A stretch of 64,000 bases of DNA, taken from Terriglobia bacterium (GTDB taxonomy: Bacteria > Acidobacteriota > Terriglobia > 20CM-2-55-15). A program made the translations under genes and the position numbers. The notes beneath the pieces are model-generated. The model was not told the DNA's origin, made no database searches, and saw only the letters and a list, made by a program, of their open reading frames with translations. Shown piece by piece: positions 32,105 through 42,401 of this stretch (position 1 is the first letter of the stretch; each line of letters opens with the position of its first letter). The stretch lies in contig CBDCLE010000019.1 in NCBI GenBank assembly GCA_965218585.1, positions 133,603 through 197,602 on the forward strand, given 5' to 3'.

Positions 32105-34513
32105 TCAATAGCTGAAGCGCAACCCTCCAATCGCCCAGGTGCCTGGCGTCAAGTAACCGTTCTGAAGGTATTGGTTGTTGAAAACGTTCTCGATCTTTGT
32201 GTAGATCTGGACATTCCTGTCCGAGGCCATCGGCAACTCGTAACGAAGCACGATATCCCCTTTTACAGGTCCGTCGTAGATAATGCGTCGACCTGATGCC
32301 CCGCTCAAACTATCTGAGTATTCACCTGTCGCGAACAGATCGAACGTTACGTTGAATCGATTTGCGATCCACTGCGTCGCCGTCAACGTGAACATGTGAT
32401 CCGGGATCCTGCGGGATTCATAGAAATCGCTGCCGATCGTCGGTGAGTTCGAATCGGAGTTCGTATACGTATACGAGACCTGAACGTTGGTACTCCGCGT
32501 GGGCGAAACTTGGCTGCTCAATTCAACACCCCGGGCAATACCACCACCGAGGTTGCGATATCCTCCAAAACGTCCAAATGGATCGTTCGGTGGAAAGCCG
32601 GCAAAATCAAATACGATTGTCTCCTGCAGGTTCGTGTAGAAAACCGTTCCGCTCAGACGAAGTTTCGAATCGAACAACCATTGATCGATTCCGCCATCAA
32701 CGGCGACGGCACGTTCGGGACTTAGAGTCGGATCGCCCCAGTAACTGAAGAAACCATCAAAGAACGACGTCCCCACACGTTCGTACGCAGACGGGGCACG
32801 GTAGCTCGTTCCAACATGCGCACGCAGCTTCGTCTCGCTGTCCCGAAAGAAGTAGGCCAGGCTTCCATCGCCCGTATAAGCGTTTCGCGGTGACTCGAAA
32901 GGTACGGTTTCATACGGGCTCAGAGTGCCGGAAAACGTCGGCTGATTCAGGTTGAAACTCTGGATCCGTCCGGAGATTCCGATCTGCAGTTGGCCATCGA
33001 TGAGCCGGATCTGATCCTGTGCAAACACGGCGTTGCTTCTCTGTACAAGGTCGCTGGTACCGGCCTTGTCGAAGCTGACGCTCAAACTGCCGAAATTCTC
33101 TCTTTCGAATTCGTAGCCCGCAGTCAGGAAGTTGTAGTCTCCGATCCTGTTGTCGGTCCGGACCTGCAGGGTATCGATCCGTCCGCTGTTGGTCAGATCG
33201 AGAGCGGACTCGGAAAACGGAGTCAGCGGCGCAGCTGTGGGTCCGAAACGGAAGGAACGATCCGTATCGACTCCCTGGTAGGCAATCCGATAGGAACTGT
33301 CGACAGAAAGCTGGTGTTCAAACGTGACACCGGCGGTCACCATTGTCGAATCCTTGGTATCGTCGGGATCACCTCGATCCGGAATGATCGTCGCATTGCC
33401 TATAGCAAAGGGCTGCCCTGCGGCAGCCAGTGCCAATTGGTCCTCGGGCAGAGCGATGGCGCGGACGGCCCCGCTCGCTGGAAAATTGGGCCGTAGCGCA
33501 CTGATTGAACGCGGACCATCACTGAGCGCGACAAAACTGTCAGCCCACCAGATCCTGCCACTCAATGAAATTTCTGGAGTGAAGTTGTAGGTAGCTTTGC
33601 CCTGGAGCGACGTATTGCGATAGGGACTCCGGTCCTGGATACCGTCGGTGACATTCAAGTATGAAAGTGTGCCGCTGTATGTAAACCGGTCTCGGTCGAC
33701 ACCGCCGCTCACGCTTGCCTGACCTCGAAACATCCCGAGTCCGCCACCCTCGACAACGACCTCACCGTGGGGCCGGCCGCTACCCTCGCGGGAAATCAGA
33801 TTGACCGTACCTGCGACAGCGCTGGAGCCGTAAAGAGACGATCCGGAACCGCGAAGAAACTCAACCCGCTCCGAACCCACGGTCGTGAGGTCCTGCAGGA
33901 ACGATGTCGCGTCCCCCTGCGTCGTTGAGGCATCCCGGAAACGCATACCGTCAACCAATACTGCAGTATCAGAAGACCGCAAGCCACGCGTCTTGATCGA
34001 CGTCGTGCTTCCGGGTCCCCTTAGCTGCTGGACGCTGACTCCGGGAACGTTCCGGATGGTTTCGGCGAGCGAATACTCTCCGCGCAGCGCAATCTCTTCC
34101 GAATCGACGACGTCAACAGCCTTGGCGATTTCCTGGAGGGACAGAGGTGTGCTCGACGCGGTGACCAGGACCTCCACACTTGCAGCGGCGATCGCCAGCG
34201 TGACGTCGAAGGTTTCATCACCGTCGATTGAGACATCCTCGGATGCTCCCAGCGTCGCCAGAGAGGCATCGGCCTCGAGCAGATAATCTCCGGCAGGAAT
34301 AGCCTCGAACGTGTACGCCCCGTCCGCGCCGCTCACCGCCTGATGAAGCTCGCCGGTGTTTCGGCTGAACAACCGAAGGTTTGCATTCGGAACCACGCGC
34401 CCGTCGGGGTCCAAAACCGTGCCCGTCAGGCTGTCGGCCCAGACCAGGCCCGGCAACGCCAGAACCAGCGCGAGGATCGTCAGGACTTTCAATGTCTTAA
34501 ATCGCTCGGTCAT
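32105..34513 (-). CDS. TonB-dependent receptor, probably for cobalamin/corrinoids
   Basis: Signal peptide, carboxypeptidase-like N domain, plug (VLVDG, ERVEFLRGSGSSLYGS), terminal aromatic residue; downstream of the riboswitch and cobQ. Confidence 0.85.
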   Translation of the reverse strand: MTERFKTLKVLTILALVLALPGLVWADSLTGTVLDPDGRVVPNANLRLFSRNTGELHQAVSGADGAYTFEAIPAGDYLLEADASLATLGASEDVSIDGDETFDVTLAIAAASVEVLVTASSTPLSLQEIAKAVDVVDSEEIALRGEYSLAETIRNVPGVSVQQLRGPGSTTSIKTRGLRSSDTAVLVDGMRFRDASTTQGDATSFLQDLTTVGSERVEFLRGSGSSLYGSSAVAGTVNLISREGSGRPHGEVVVEGGGLGMFRGQASVSGGVDRDRFTYSGTLSYLNVTDGIQDRSPYRNTSLQGKATYNFTPEISLSGRIWWADSFVALSDGPRSISALRPNFPASGAVRAIALPEDQLALAAAGQPFAIGNATIIPDRGDPDDTKDSTMVTAGVTFEHQLSVDSSYRIAYQGVDTDRSFRFGPTAAPLTPFSESALDLTNSGRIDTLQVRTDNRIGDYNFLTAGYEFERENFGSLSVSFDKAGTSDLVQRSNAVFAQDQIRLIDGQLQIGISGRIQSFNLNQPTFSGTLSPYETVPFESPRNAYTGDGSLAYFFRDSETKLRAHVGTSYRAPSAYERVGTSFFDGFFSYWGDPTLSPERAVAVDGGIDQWLFDSKLRLSGTVFYTNLQETIVFDFAGFPPNDPFGRFGGYRNLGGGIARGVELSSQVSPTRSTNVQVSYTYTNSDSNSPTIGSDFYESRRIPDHMFTLTATQWIANRFNVTFDLFATGEYSDSLSGASGRRIIYDGPVKGDIVLRYELPMASDRNVQIYTKIENVFNNQYLQNGYLTPGTWAIGGLRFSY

Positions 34514-34661
34514 AGTCTCCTCTTCCTGCCTGCCTGATGCCTGCATCAGAAAAATCCAATCCCACTCGTCGAAAACCCCTGCAAACATTGAGCATAGTTG
34601 AACCTCCTGGCCCCCAGAACTGAAGAGTTTCTGAACTCTTCGTAAGAATCCAAACCATCGA

Positions 34662-36110
34662 TTACTTTCCTTTTCGGACGTACTCGGTAAAAAACACGTC
34701 ATGTTCCACATACTCTGCAAACCAATCCGCGAGGCGGTCGTAGTGGGTGGCTTTCTCGCCCGCCACCCCATCGACAAGTGCGTGTCCTAGAAGCTCTTCG
34801 ATCACTTCCATGTTCTCGAATGCACCGTGGAGGTATGTGCCTATCGCCTGTGGGCGTCGGATTCCATCGCGCGTGCCGTCCTCGAGTACTGCGAACGGTT
34901 CGCTACCGTCCTCGTCGATTGAAGTCACACCCATGTGTATCTCGTAAGCATCGAAAGAAAGCCCGGAGGGTGTTCGGGCTCGAACCGTACGCGTTGTCTT
35001 GTCTGGGGCCAGTTCTGTCGTCACCGGGAGAAATCCGAGGCCGCGCACCGACGCTGTGTCCGATTCCAAACCTTCCGGATCGTGGATCGCGTCGCCCATC
35101 ATCTGAAATCCCCCGCACACTCCGACGATTCGACTTCCCCGCTCCATCTGGTCGGACAACCATCGATCCAGCCCGCGGGCACGCAACCAGGCCATATCTT
35201 CGATCGGAGATTTCATACCCGGGAGAAAGACGACTTCAAAGAACTGCTCCACAGGATCGGAGAGGAACACCGCATCGGGCATTCGTCGGAAATCAGTGAA
35301 ATTGGAGATATGGGGAAGTCGCAGAACGGCCACATCCGGGCCGGGGCCATTGCCTGAAACGTCCAAGGTTCGAGCAGAATTCTCTTCAAGGCTGACACTA
35401 TCTTCATCATCCAGATAAACGTCCTCGAGGAACGGGAATACACCGAGGCACGGCCGGCCGGCACGCTCCTCGAGAATCCGGACACCGTCTCCAAAGAAAG
35501 CACGGTCCCCACGAAAACGATTTATGAGGAACGAGCGAACGAGCGAGGATTCGCTCTCGTCGAGAAGATCCAGAGTCCCGATCACAGATGCAAAGACCCC
35601 GCCACGGTCGATATCTGCGACCAGAATGCTCGACGCATCGAGACGCCGAGCCAGGCCCAGATTTACCAGGTCGTTGTGCTTGAGGTTCAGCTCCGCCACG
35701 CTCCCGGCACCCTCGATCACGACGTAGTCGTAACCGGTAGCCAGGCGGGAATAGCTCTCCAGAACCTTTTCGAGGAGGTAATCGAAGTGATTCCCGTACT
35801 CTTGCGCCTTCAGATTCCGCCACGGGCGTCCATTCACAACAACCTGACTACCCAGTGTTCCCGTGGGCTTGAGTAGAATGGGATTCATGTCCGGATGCGG
35901 TTCCAGACCGCACGCCTCGGCCTGTGCAGCCTGAGCGCGGCCGATCTCCCCTCCCCCGGAACAGGCCATGGAATTGTTCGACATGTTCTGGGCCTTGAAG
36001 GGAGCGACACGAAATCCCATCCGGTACAGATACCTGCACAGCGCGGTCACGACCCAGCTCTTGCCGACATGTGAAGCGGTCCCGCCGACGAAAATGGGTT
36101 TCGCACTCAC
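34662..36110 (-). CDS. cobQ: Cobyric acid synthase
   Basis: GTASHVGKS, PFKAQNMSNNS, MNPILLKP, EGAGS, ADIDRGG, GVCGGFQM, GTYLHG. Confidence 0.95.
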   Translation of the reverse strand: MSAKPIFVGGTASHVGKSWVVTALCRYLYRMGFRVAPFKAQNMSNNSMACSGGGEIGRAQAAQAEACGLEPHPDMNPILLKPTGTLGSQVVVNGRPWRNLKAQEYGNHFDYLLEKVLESYSRLATGYDYVVIEGAGSVAELNLKHNDLVNLGLARRLDASSILVADIDRGGVFASVIGTLDLLDESESSLVRSFLINRFRGDRAFFGDGVRILEERAGRPCLGVFPFLEDVYLDDEDSVSLEENSARTLDVSGNGPGPDVAVLRLPHISNFTDFRRMPDAVFLSDPVEQFFEVVFLPGMKSPIEDMAWLRARGLDRWLSDQMERGSRIVGVCGGFQMMGDAIHDPEGLESDTASVRGLGFLPVTTELAPDKTTRTVRARTPSGLSFDAYEIHMGVTSIDEDGSEPFAVLEDGTRDGIRRPQAIGTYLHGAFENMEVIEELLGHALVDGVAGEKATHYDRLADWFAEYVEHDVFFTEYVRKGK

Positions 36111-36248
36111 CAGGACAAACCTCTGGTGAAAAGCGGATCGCGGGTCCCTAACCCGTCAGGTTCGGTTTTCGGTTGGAAACTTTGAAGTGTGTTTACCATC
36201 CAGCCCCTCGCTCGAAGGCTCGACTAGAATCCGGCGGTGTGAACGCCG

Positions 36249-36427
36249 GTTACCGACAGGTCTTCGGACTTGCAGGCGAAGAGAAAACTTCCTACTGGCC
36301 GTTGCTTCCCGGCTCACTCGGTGTGAGCCAGTGCTTCAAAACGGCGTTCGTTCCTGCTTACCGCTGCGGGACAGTTCCGGATTCACACCGGATTCCCTAG
36401 GTGGCCTCACATCAGGCCATCGGTAAC
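36249..36427 (-). ncRNA. Cobalamin riboswitch
   Basis: Minus strand: AGGGAATCCGGTGTGAATCCGGAACTGTCCCGCAGCGGT...CACTG...GGGAAG...AAGTCCGAAGACCTG; P1 GTTACCGAT/GTCGGTAAC; upstream of cobQ. Confidence 0.93.
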
Positions 36428-36482
36428 GTCTGGGAGATTAGCACAGGATTCGGGCGGGCTGCAACGCATGAGGCCGGGCGAC

Positions 36483-37994
36483 TCAGGCGAGCTGACTCGG
36501 ACGGGTTCTCTTCCTGATGCCCCGCCCGACTCGCTTGAACCCCAGAAACAGGCCGATCGCGCTCGTTCCGATCCCTCCGAGGGAAAGGACGATGACGCCG
36601 ACATCCCAGAGGGGGCGGCTGTTGTACCAGAAAGCGAAGTCGAGGCTGTGAAATCCTCTGTAGATCCACCGCTCGAGTCTCTCCCGCCATTGGTAGCGGC
36701 CCACGAGCTGGCTCAGTTCGGGATCGATATAAAACCATGTCCTGTCGGGATCATCGAACTTCATTCGAAGTACAGGTAAGGACGGTGACGATCCACCGCG
36801 AGGGTAGTAGTAGGAATCGTACTCGGAGAGTAACTGAGATTCCAGGATAGGAACATCGGGATAAACACCCTTCACCCGTTCAACCAGAGACTCCGTACTG
36901 AAGGCGTGCTCTGAAACTTCCAGTGGATCTGCCTGGACCAGTGTCCGTTGGGCCGCTCCATCGATAACCAGGAAATACGGGTCTCCCTGAATGCGTCGGA
37001 AATCGATCTCCTTGATAGTTGTCCCAGCCAGTGTCTGCTCCCACTCATCAGCATCCAACTCGGAAAAGAGCGACATGTCCAACCCCCCACCGGTGAACGC
37101 CTGGCGAACACCCGCACCCAGGCCACCCCGAGAGGACCAGAACCACGGTTCCATCGACAACATTCCACTGAAGACCCAGGTCAACGTGAAAACGCCGAAA
37201 ACGACGCCGGTGATGTAATGCCACCGCATCCATCCAGAGTACGGAATGTAGGAAAGAATCCGGCGGAGCCGAAACGGGCGCATGGGTGAAAGCTGGAGGA
37301 TTCCCAGGATGATGCCGACCAATGCCAGGATCGAACCCAGACCCGAAGTCCAGATTACGATCTGCCTCCAGAGACTGTCGTTCAAACGAAGAGGTGCAAA
37401 GTAGAACCAGTGTGGAATCGCAGCAACCCAGGCCAGGATTCGGCCGCCGCGTGTCGTCAACAACGCGACTTCGCCGGAATACTCGGGAATATAGAGCCGG
37501 GTTCGGTCAGCATCGGCCACTTCAATCTTGTGAAGCGGCATCTGGTTACGAAAACTGATCGTCCATTGGTCAGCTTCAGTGAGAAGACCGGCGTAGCGCA
37601 ACTGATCGACAGGAAGCCTCGTGAAACTACTGGCTATCTGAAGGGCCTCGGCCTCTCCGATCTCGACTAAGATCTCGCCATCGTCTGCAAAGACAGTGAC
37701 CGATTCCCCGCGGCTTCCGATACGGTACGCGGGACGATCCATGACCGTAAGCAAGGTCATCTGTCCCGGGTCCCCGTCCCACAGCGCATACTCCAAGGCC
37801 TCGGTGGGAGCGATGCGAACGCTCGGGAGATCCAGCTCGGGCAGGCGTTCAAGGCGCATTTCTGCAGTCAGGCTGGGCAGATTGCCCGCATACATCATCG
37901 CAATGCCCGAGACGAACCACACAACGAACAGCAAGCTGAGCGCGATGCCCAGATAGCGGTGCGAGAAGATCAACCACTTGCGAAACCAGGTCAT
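36483..37994 (-). CDS. PepSY-associated TM domain protein
   Basis: HRYLGI..WFVSG, IPHWFYF, RWHY..G, GFHSLDF: conserved membrane histidines. Confidence 0.82.
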   Translation of the reverse strand: MTWFRKWLIFSHRYLGIALSLLFVVWFVSGIAMMYAGNLPSLTAEMRLERLPELDLPSVRIAPTEALEYALWDGDPGQMTLLTVMDRPAYRIGSRGESVTVFADDGEILVEIGEAEALQIASSFTRLPVDQLRYAGLLTEADQWTISFRNQMPLHKIEVADADRTRLYIPEYSGEVALLTTRGGRILAWVAAIPHWFYFAPLRLNDSLWRQIVIWTSGLGSILALVGIILGILQLSPMRPFRLRRILSYIPYSGWMRWHYITGVVFGVFTLTWVFSGMLSMEPWFWSSRGGLGAGVRQAFTGGGLDMSLFSELDADEWEQTLAGTTIKEIDFRRIQGDPYFLVIDGAAQRTLVQADPLEVSEHAFSTESLVERVKGVYPDVPILESQLLSEYDSYYYPRGGSSPSLPVLRMKFDDPDRTWFYIDPELSQLVGRYQWRERLERWIYRGFHSLDFAFWYNSRPLWDVGVIVLSLGGIGTSAIGLFLGFKRVGRGIRKRTRPSQLA

Positions 37995-38004
37995 CTTGTC
38001 TGGG

Positions 38005-39429
38005 TTAGCCTGCGCGTGATGAAGGCACAGATGGCGCTTTGTGCGCACGCTTGGGTAAAGAGATTCGGAACGTGCTGCCTTCGCCGCCAGACTCTTCCAG
38101 CGTGAGGTGGCCGCCGTTGATTTCTACAGCCCATCTGGCGATCGAGAGCCCCAATCCAGTGCCCTCGCCGTTGCTCGACGGTAGCCGGTCAACTCTATAA
38201 AACCGTTCGAAGATTCTTTCCTGCAGATCTTCGGGTATGCCGGGACCCGTGTCGCTGACATCGAGCGTCACGCCCGACGAGGTCTGCGCCACTCGAACCG
38301 TGAGTCGGCCGCCGTCAGGCGTGTACTTGATCGCGTTGTCGACAAGGTTCAGCAGGGCCTGTTTCAAGACCATCCTGTCGCCAGTCCATTCGGGCGTGCC
38401 CATACGCTCGACCACTATCGACTGGCGTTTCTCTTCCGCCAGGACGTCCAATTGCGTCGCCACCTCCTCGGCCAGAGCAAACAGATCGACAGTGTCACGA
38501 GCAAGCTTCGCCGGTTCGGTTTCAGCGCGAGAAAGAGTCAGCAGGCGATCGACGAGCCCGGCCAACCGGTCGGCCTCTTCGAGCATGCTTCCGATGATTT
38601 CCCTGTACGCCGATTCCTGCCGCTTTCCCCTCAATCCCACTTCTCCAACGCTGCGTATCGCTGTCAGGGGAGTGCGCAGATCGTGAGACACATGTGCAGT
38701 AAAGCGCCTCATCTGTTCAAACGAAGACTCCAGCCGGGTGAGCGTGTCATTGAACACTGAAGCCAGCCTGCCCAACTCATCGTTCGGGTTGTCGACCGGC
38801 AACCGGTCTTCGAGCCGCTCAGCCGTGATCGATTGCGCCCGGTCGGCCATGCGCTCGATGGGTTTGAGAGCGCGCCGAGCGAGAGTGTAACCACCCAGAC
38901 CAGCTGCAGCCACACCGAGGGGCAAGCCCAACAGCAGCACGAGCAGCAACTGGTAGAGGTCTCGCCGCATAACAAACTCGGAACGCGCTACTTGAATGAC
39001 GACGGGTTCTGTGCCGATCCGGCTCTCGACGCTGAAGACACGGTACGGCGGACCCACTACCTCCACCGACACGATCTCATCGTTAGCTTCCATGGCCAAC
39101 CGATCCGTTTCGGGCAGGGGATTCTGTTGCGCAATCAACGTGCGGTACAGAAGATCGCCATTCGGGCTCCACACCTGAAGCCACGGGCCATCAACCAGAC
39201 TACCCGTATCGTTGGATTCGGGCCACGTGATGTTACCGTCCGGACCCTGGTCGAGCATCTCTGTGGCCCACAGGTAGTCGTCCTGCAGTATCTGGTCGAG
39301 ACCGCCTGACTCCATGCGGCTCACGAACACAAACACGCTTGCGGCATATACGCCAAGAACGACGAGCATCACACCAACATTCCATAGCGTCAGCCGGACA
39401 CGAACACTCAAAGGGTACGAGCGGCTCAT
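38005..39429 (-). CDS. Heavy-metal-type (CusS-like) sensor histidine kinase
   Basis: Two TMs, HAMP, FTAHVSHDLRTP, NLVDNAIKY, GTGLGL. Confidence 0.88.
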   Translation of the reverse strand: MSRSYPLSVRVRLTLWNVGVMLVVLGVYAASVFVFVSRMESGGLDQILQDDYLWATEMLDQGPDGNITWPESNDTGSLVDGPWLQVWSPNGDLLYRTLIAQQNPLPETDRLAMEANDEIVSVEVVGPPYRVFSVESRIGTEPVVIQVARSEFVMRRDLYQLLLVLLLGLPLGVAAAGLGGYTLARRALKPIERMADRAQSITAERLEDRLPVDNPNDELGRLASVFNDTLTRLESSFEQMRRFTAHVSHDLRTPLTAIRSVGEVGLRGKRQESAYREIIGSMLEEADRLAGLVDRLLTLSRAETEPAKLARDTVDLFALAEEVATQLDVLAEEKRQSIVVERMGTPEWTGDRMVLKQALLNLVDNAIKYTPDGGRLTVRVAQTSSGVTLDVSDTGPGIPEDLQERIFERFYRVDRLPSSNGEGTGLGLSIARWAVEINGGHLTLEESGGEGSTFRISLPKRAHKAPSVPSSRAG

Positions 39430-40109
39430 GGTTGTTCCTCACTCAGCATGAAGCCCACGCCCCGAACGGTGTGGACCAGCTTGGTTGAATGTTCCACGTC
39501 GATCTTCCTTCTCAGACGGGCGATATGAACATCAATCACGTTGTTCAGCGGTGTTCCCCGGTCCGTCTCCTTCCATACATCCCGCGCCAGGGTCTCACGG
39601 GGAACAGGCTGGCCTTCGTGGCGTAACAAATATTCCAACAGTTCATACTCCCGCGCCGTGAGTTCAACTGTTTCTCCGCCTCGACTGACTTTACGCGTCA
39701 CCAGATCCATCTCAAGATCGGCCACGCTCATTCGTAGGGTCTCGGTCGGGCGTCCCCGCCGTACCAATGCCCGAATTCGCGCTACGACCTCGGCAAAGGC
39801 GTATGGCTTCACAAGATAGTCATCCGCGCCACTGTCGAGGCCCGCGATCCGGTCTTCCACCGTGTCCCGGGCCGTGAGGACCAGCACCGGGGTCGTGGTC
39901 CCCTGCTCTCGAATCTTTGTCAGAATCTCGATTCCATCACGCCCCGGGAGCATCAGGTCCAGCAGAATGACGTCGAAGCTCTCGGTCGTAATCCGGAAGA
40001 ACGCGTCTTCCCCGGTCTCGGCGACAACCACCTCATAGTGTTCGCCTTCGAGGCCTTCCTTCAGCGCCTGAGAGACCTTGGGTTCGTCTTCTACGACAAG
40101 GATACGCAA
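39426..40109 (-). CDS. OmpR-family (CusR-like) response regulator
   Basis: ILVVEDE, LDLMLP, GADDYLVKP, NVIDVHIARLRRK, HTVRGVGF. Confidence 0.92.
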   Translation of the reverse strand: MRILVVEDEPKVSQALKEGLEGEHYEVVVAETGEDAFFRITTESFDVILLDLMLPGRDGIEILTKIREQGTTTPVLVLTARDTVEDRIAGLDSGADDYLVKPYAFAEVVARIRALVRRGRPTETLRMSVADLEMDLVTRKVSRGGETVELTAREYELLEYLLRHEGQPVPRETLARDVWKETDRGTPLNNVIDVHIARLRRKIDVEHSTKLVHTVRGVGFMLSEEQP

Positions 40110-40388
40110 TTATGAGTTCTCTCCCATAGTATTAGTGCCTTGCATCGTAACGTTAATGCCTCGCATCATAGCGCGGCTACGGCAGCGGTTTTTCTAAATA
40201 GTTCCTTAATAATCTGTCAGAACCCAGGTCTTAACTGCAACATAGACAACACTATTTGTGGAATAGACCCTTCGAATTGGGGCATGATATCCATCCTGTT
40301 TCCGACAGGACCAGACGGCGGTCACGGGTATCCGGATAGATTCAGGGTACACGTGGACCCAGGCGAACTCTCGTTCCGGAGCGAACTC

Positions 40389-41348
40389 ATGAAAATTTGT
40401 ATGGTGGGTCAGGGGGCATTTGGCAAGAAGCATTTGGCGGGACTGGCTAAAATTGAAGCTGCCGAGGTCGTCACTCTGTTCGGAAGGACGGCGGAGACGA
40501 CCGAGGCCACCGCCAGGCAATTCAACGTGCCCCATTGGACAACCGACTTTGACGAGGCGCTCGCCCAGCCAGGCGTCGAGGCTGTCATCCTGACCTCACC
40601 CACACAGGTGCATGCCGACCAGGCAGAGAAGGTCATGCGGGCAGGCAAACATGTGGAGATCGAAATTCCGATTTCGGATTCCCTGGCCGACGCCGAGCGA
40701 ATCGACGCCGTGCAGAAGGAAACCCGACAGGTCGCTATGGCCGGACACACGCGCCGGTTCAACCCAAGCCACCAGTGGATCCACAACAAGATTAAGGCCG
40801 GCGAACTCAAGCTTCAGCATCTGGTCGTCCAGACCTTCTTCTTCCGAAGAACGAACATGAATGCGGAAGGCAAACCCCGAAGCTGGACTGATCACCTGCT
40901 CTGGCACCACGCCTGCCATACGGTGGACCTGTTTCACTATCAAACGGGAGAGATATCCGCTGCGGTTCAGGCATTGGAGGGGCCAATGCATCCAGAACTG
41001 GGCATCGCGATGGACATGAGCATCGGCCTGAAAGTTTCTTCAGGAGCTGTCTGCACGCTGGCTTTGTCGTTCAACAACGATGGCCCCCTGGGTACGTTCT
41101 TCCGGTACGTCTGCGACAACGGAACCTATATCGCAAGCTACGACGACCTCGTGGATGGCAATCAGAACCCTGTCGATGTCTCCGGCGTCGCGGTGTCGAT
41201 GAACGGCATCGAGTTGCAGGACCGAGAATTCATTTCCGCTATTCAAGAGGGCCGGGAACCGAACTCAAGCGTGGGGCAGGTTCTCCCTGCGATGGAAACT
41301 CTGGATCGTCTGGAAAAGGCGCTCCGTCTCAACGAAGAATACAGGTAA
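40389..41348 (+). CDS. ligC: 4-carboxy-2-hydroxymuconate-6-semialdehyde dehydrogenase-like (Gfo/Idh/MocA family)
   Basis: GAFGKKHL, GKHVEIEIP, GHTRRFNPSHQ, RSWTDHLLWHH: signature of LigC/PmdC. Confidence 0.8.
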   Translation: MKICMVGQGAFGKKHLAGLAKIEAAEVVTLFGRTAETTEATARQFNVPHWTTDFDEALAQPGVEAVILTSPTQVHADQAEKVMRAGKHVEIEIPISDSLADAERIDAVQKETRQVAMAGHTRRFNPSHQWIHNKIKAGELKLQHLVVQTFFFRRTNMNAEGKPRSWTDHLLWHHACHTVDLFHYQTGEISAAVQALEGPMHPELGIAMDMSIGLKVSSGAVCTLALSFNNDGPLGTFFRYVCDNGTYIASYDDLVDGNQNPVDVSGVAVSMNGIELQDREFISAIQEGREPNSSVGQVLPAMETLDRLEKALRLNEEYR

Positions 41349-41424
41349 GGGAATTACGTCACCGTTGAACCCCGGGAGTACAATTCAGGCGGGCACGTTG
41401 CCCACAATCCTCAGGGAGTGATCG

Positions 41425-42301
41425 ATGCACATCAGAAAACGAACCGTATCTATCGCGGCCGGGCTGCTTGCACTGGCTACAATGAGCCATCCCGCTCTCG
41501 CTCAGACTGTGTTTCCAACAGGGACTACGATCTACAATCCTGCCGAGGCCCACAGTAGCTATATCCTGATATCAGACCACAGTGCGGTTGGCAATCATCC
41601 GAGTGCAAGGGTCAGGGCAGAGGAGGGAGGCGCAAGTCCCGGCGACGTTCGCCTCGTCGACATGAATGGCAACGTCGTACATCGATGGGAGGTAATTCCC
41701 TACTTCAACAAGCGTAGCCGACTGCTCCCCAGTGGAAACCTGGTTTACGTTGGCCCCAACAGGACGATCTATGAATACGATTGGGATGGAAACGTCGTGT
41801 GGACCCATGAAGGCATAGGTTCTGTCAACGATTTGCGCATCCTGCCCAATAACAACCGACTGCTGATTGCCCACGAACCGATACCTGAAGAATTTCAACA
41901 ACAGGTGAGAGATGTTGAGATAGCACCTTGGTGGGGACCTAGATACAGAGGCAGTCAAGAAACACAATTGGGCGCCGATCTGTACGAAGTGAACCTGGAA
42001 GGAGAAGTTGTCTGGGAGTGGCACGCGCATAACCATATTGATCTGAACCTGTTTTCACCAGCCACTCCAGAAGGCGATTGGCTGCATGTCAACTCGGTTG
42101 CCTCTCTGCCGGAGAACAAATGGTACGACGCGGGTGACGAGCGGTTCAGGCCCGGCAACATTTTGCTGAACGCGAGAAACATCAACACCGTATACATCAT
42201 CGACAAAGAGACCAAGGAGATCGTCTGGGAAGGTACGCATAACTATAAGGGTGGAATGGCGCATGCCCACGAGGCGGAAATGATTGAGAAGGGACTTCCC
42301 G
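41425..42301 (+). pseudogene. Arylsulfotransferase (ASST)-like protein truncated by IS21
   Basis: TVFPTGTTIY, VWEW, DWLHVNS, HAHEAEMIEKGLP, then the frame reads into the IS21 end; no C-terminal remainder follows the IS. Confidence 0.75.
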
Positions 42302-42401
42302 CCTCGGCGGTCACCCAAAACCGGCCAATGGTGGTCACCTGAAAACCGGCCAACGATAGAGGCCCGGGACATTGACAGCAGGCGGAGTAATCTCCGTCGG
42401 C

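Noticed and set aside
40205-40220. CopR/CusR-like box upstream of the response regulator
   Set aside because: Only a partial match (CTGACA half-site); insufficient support
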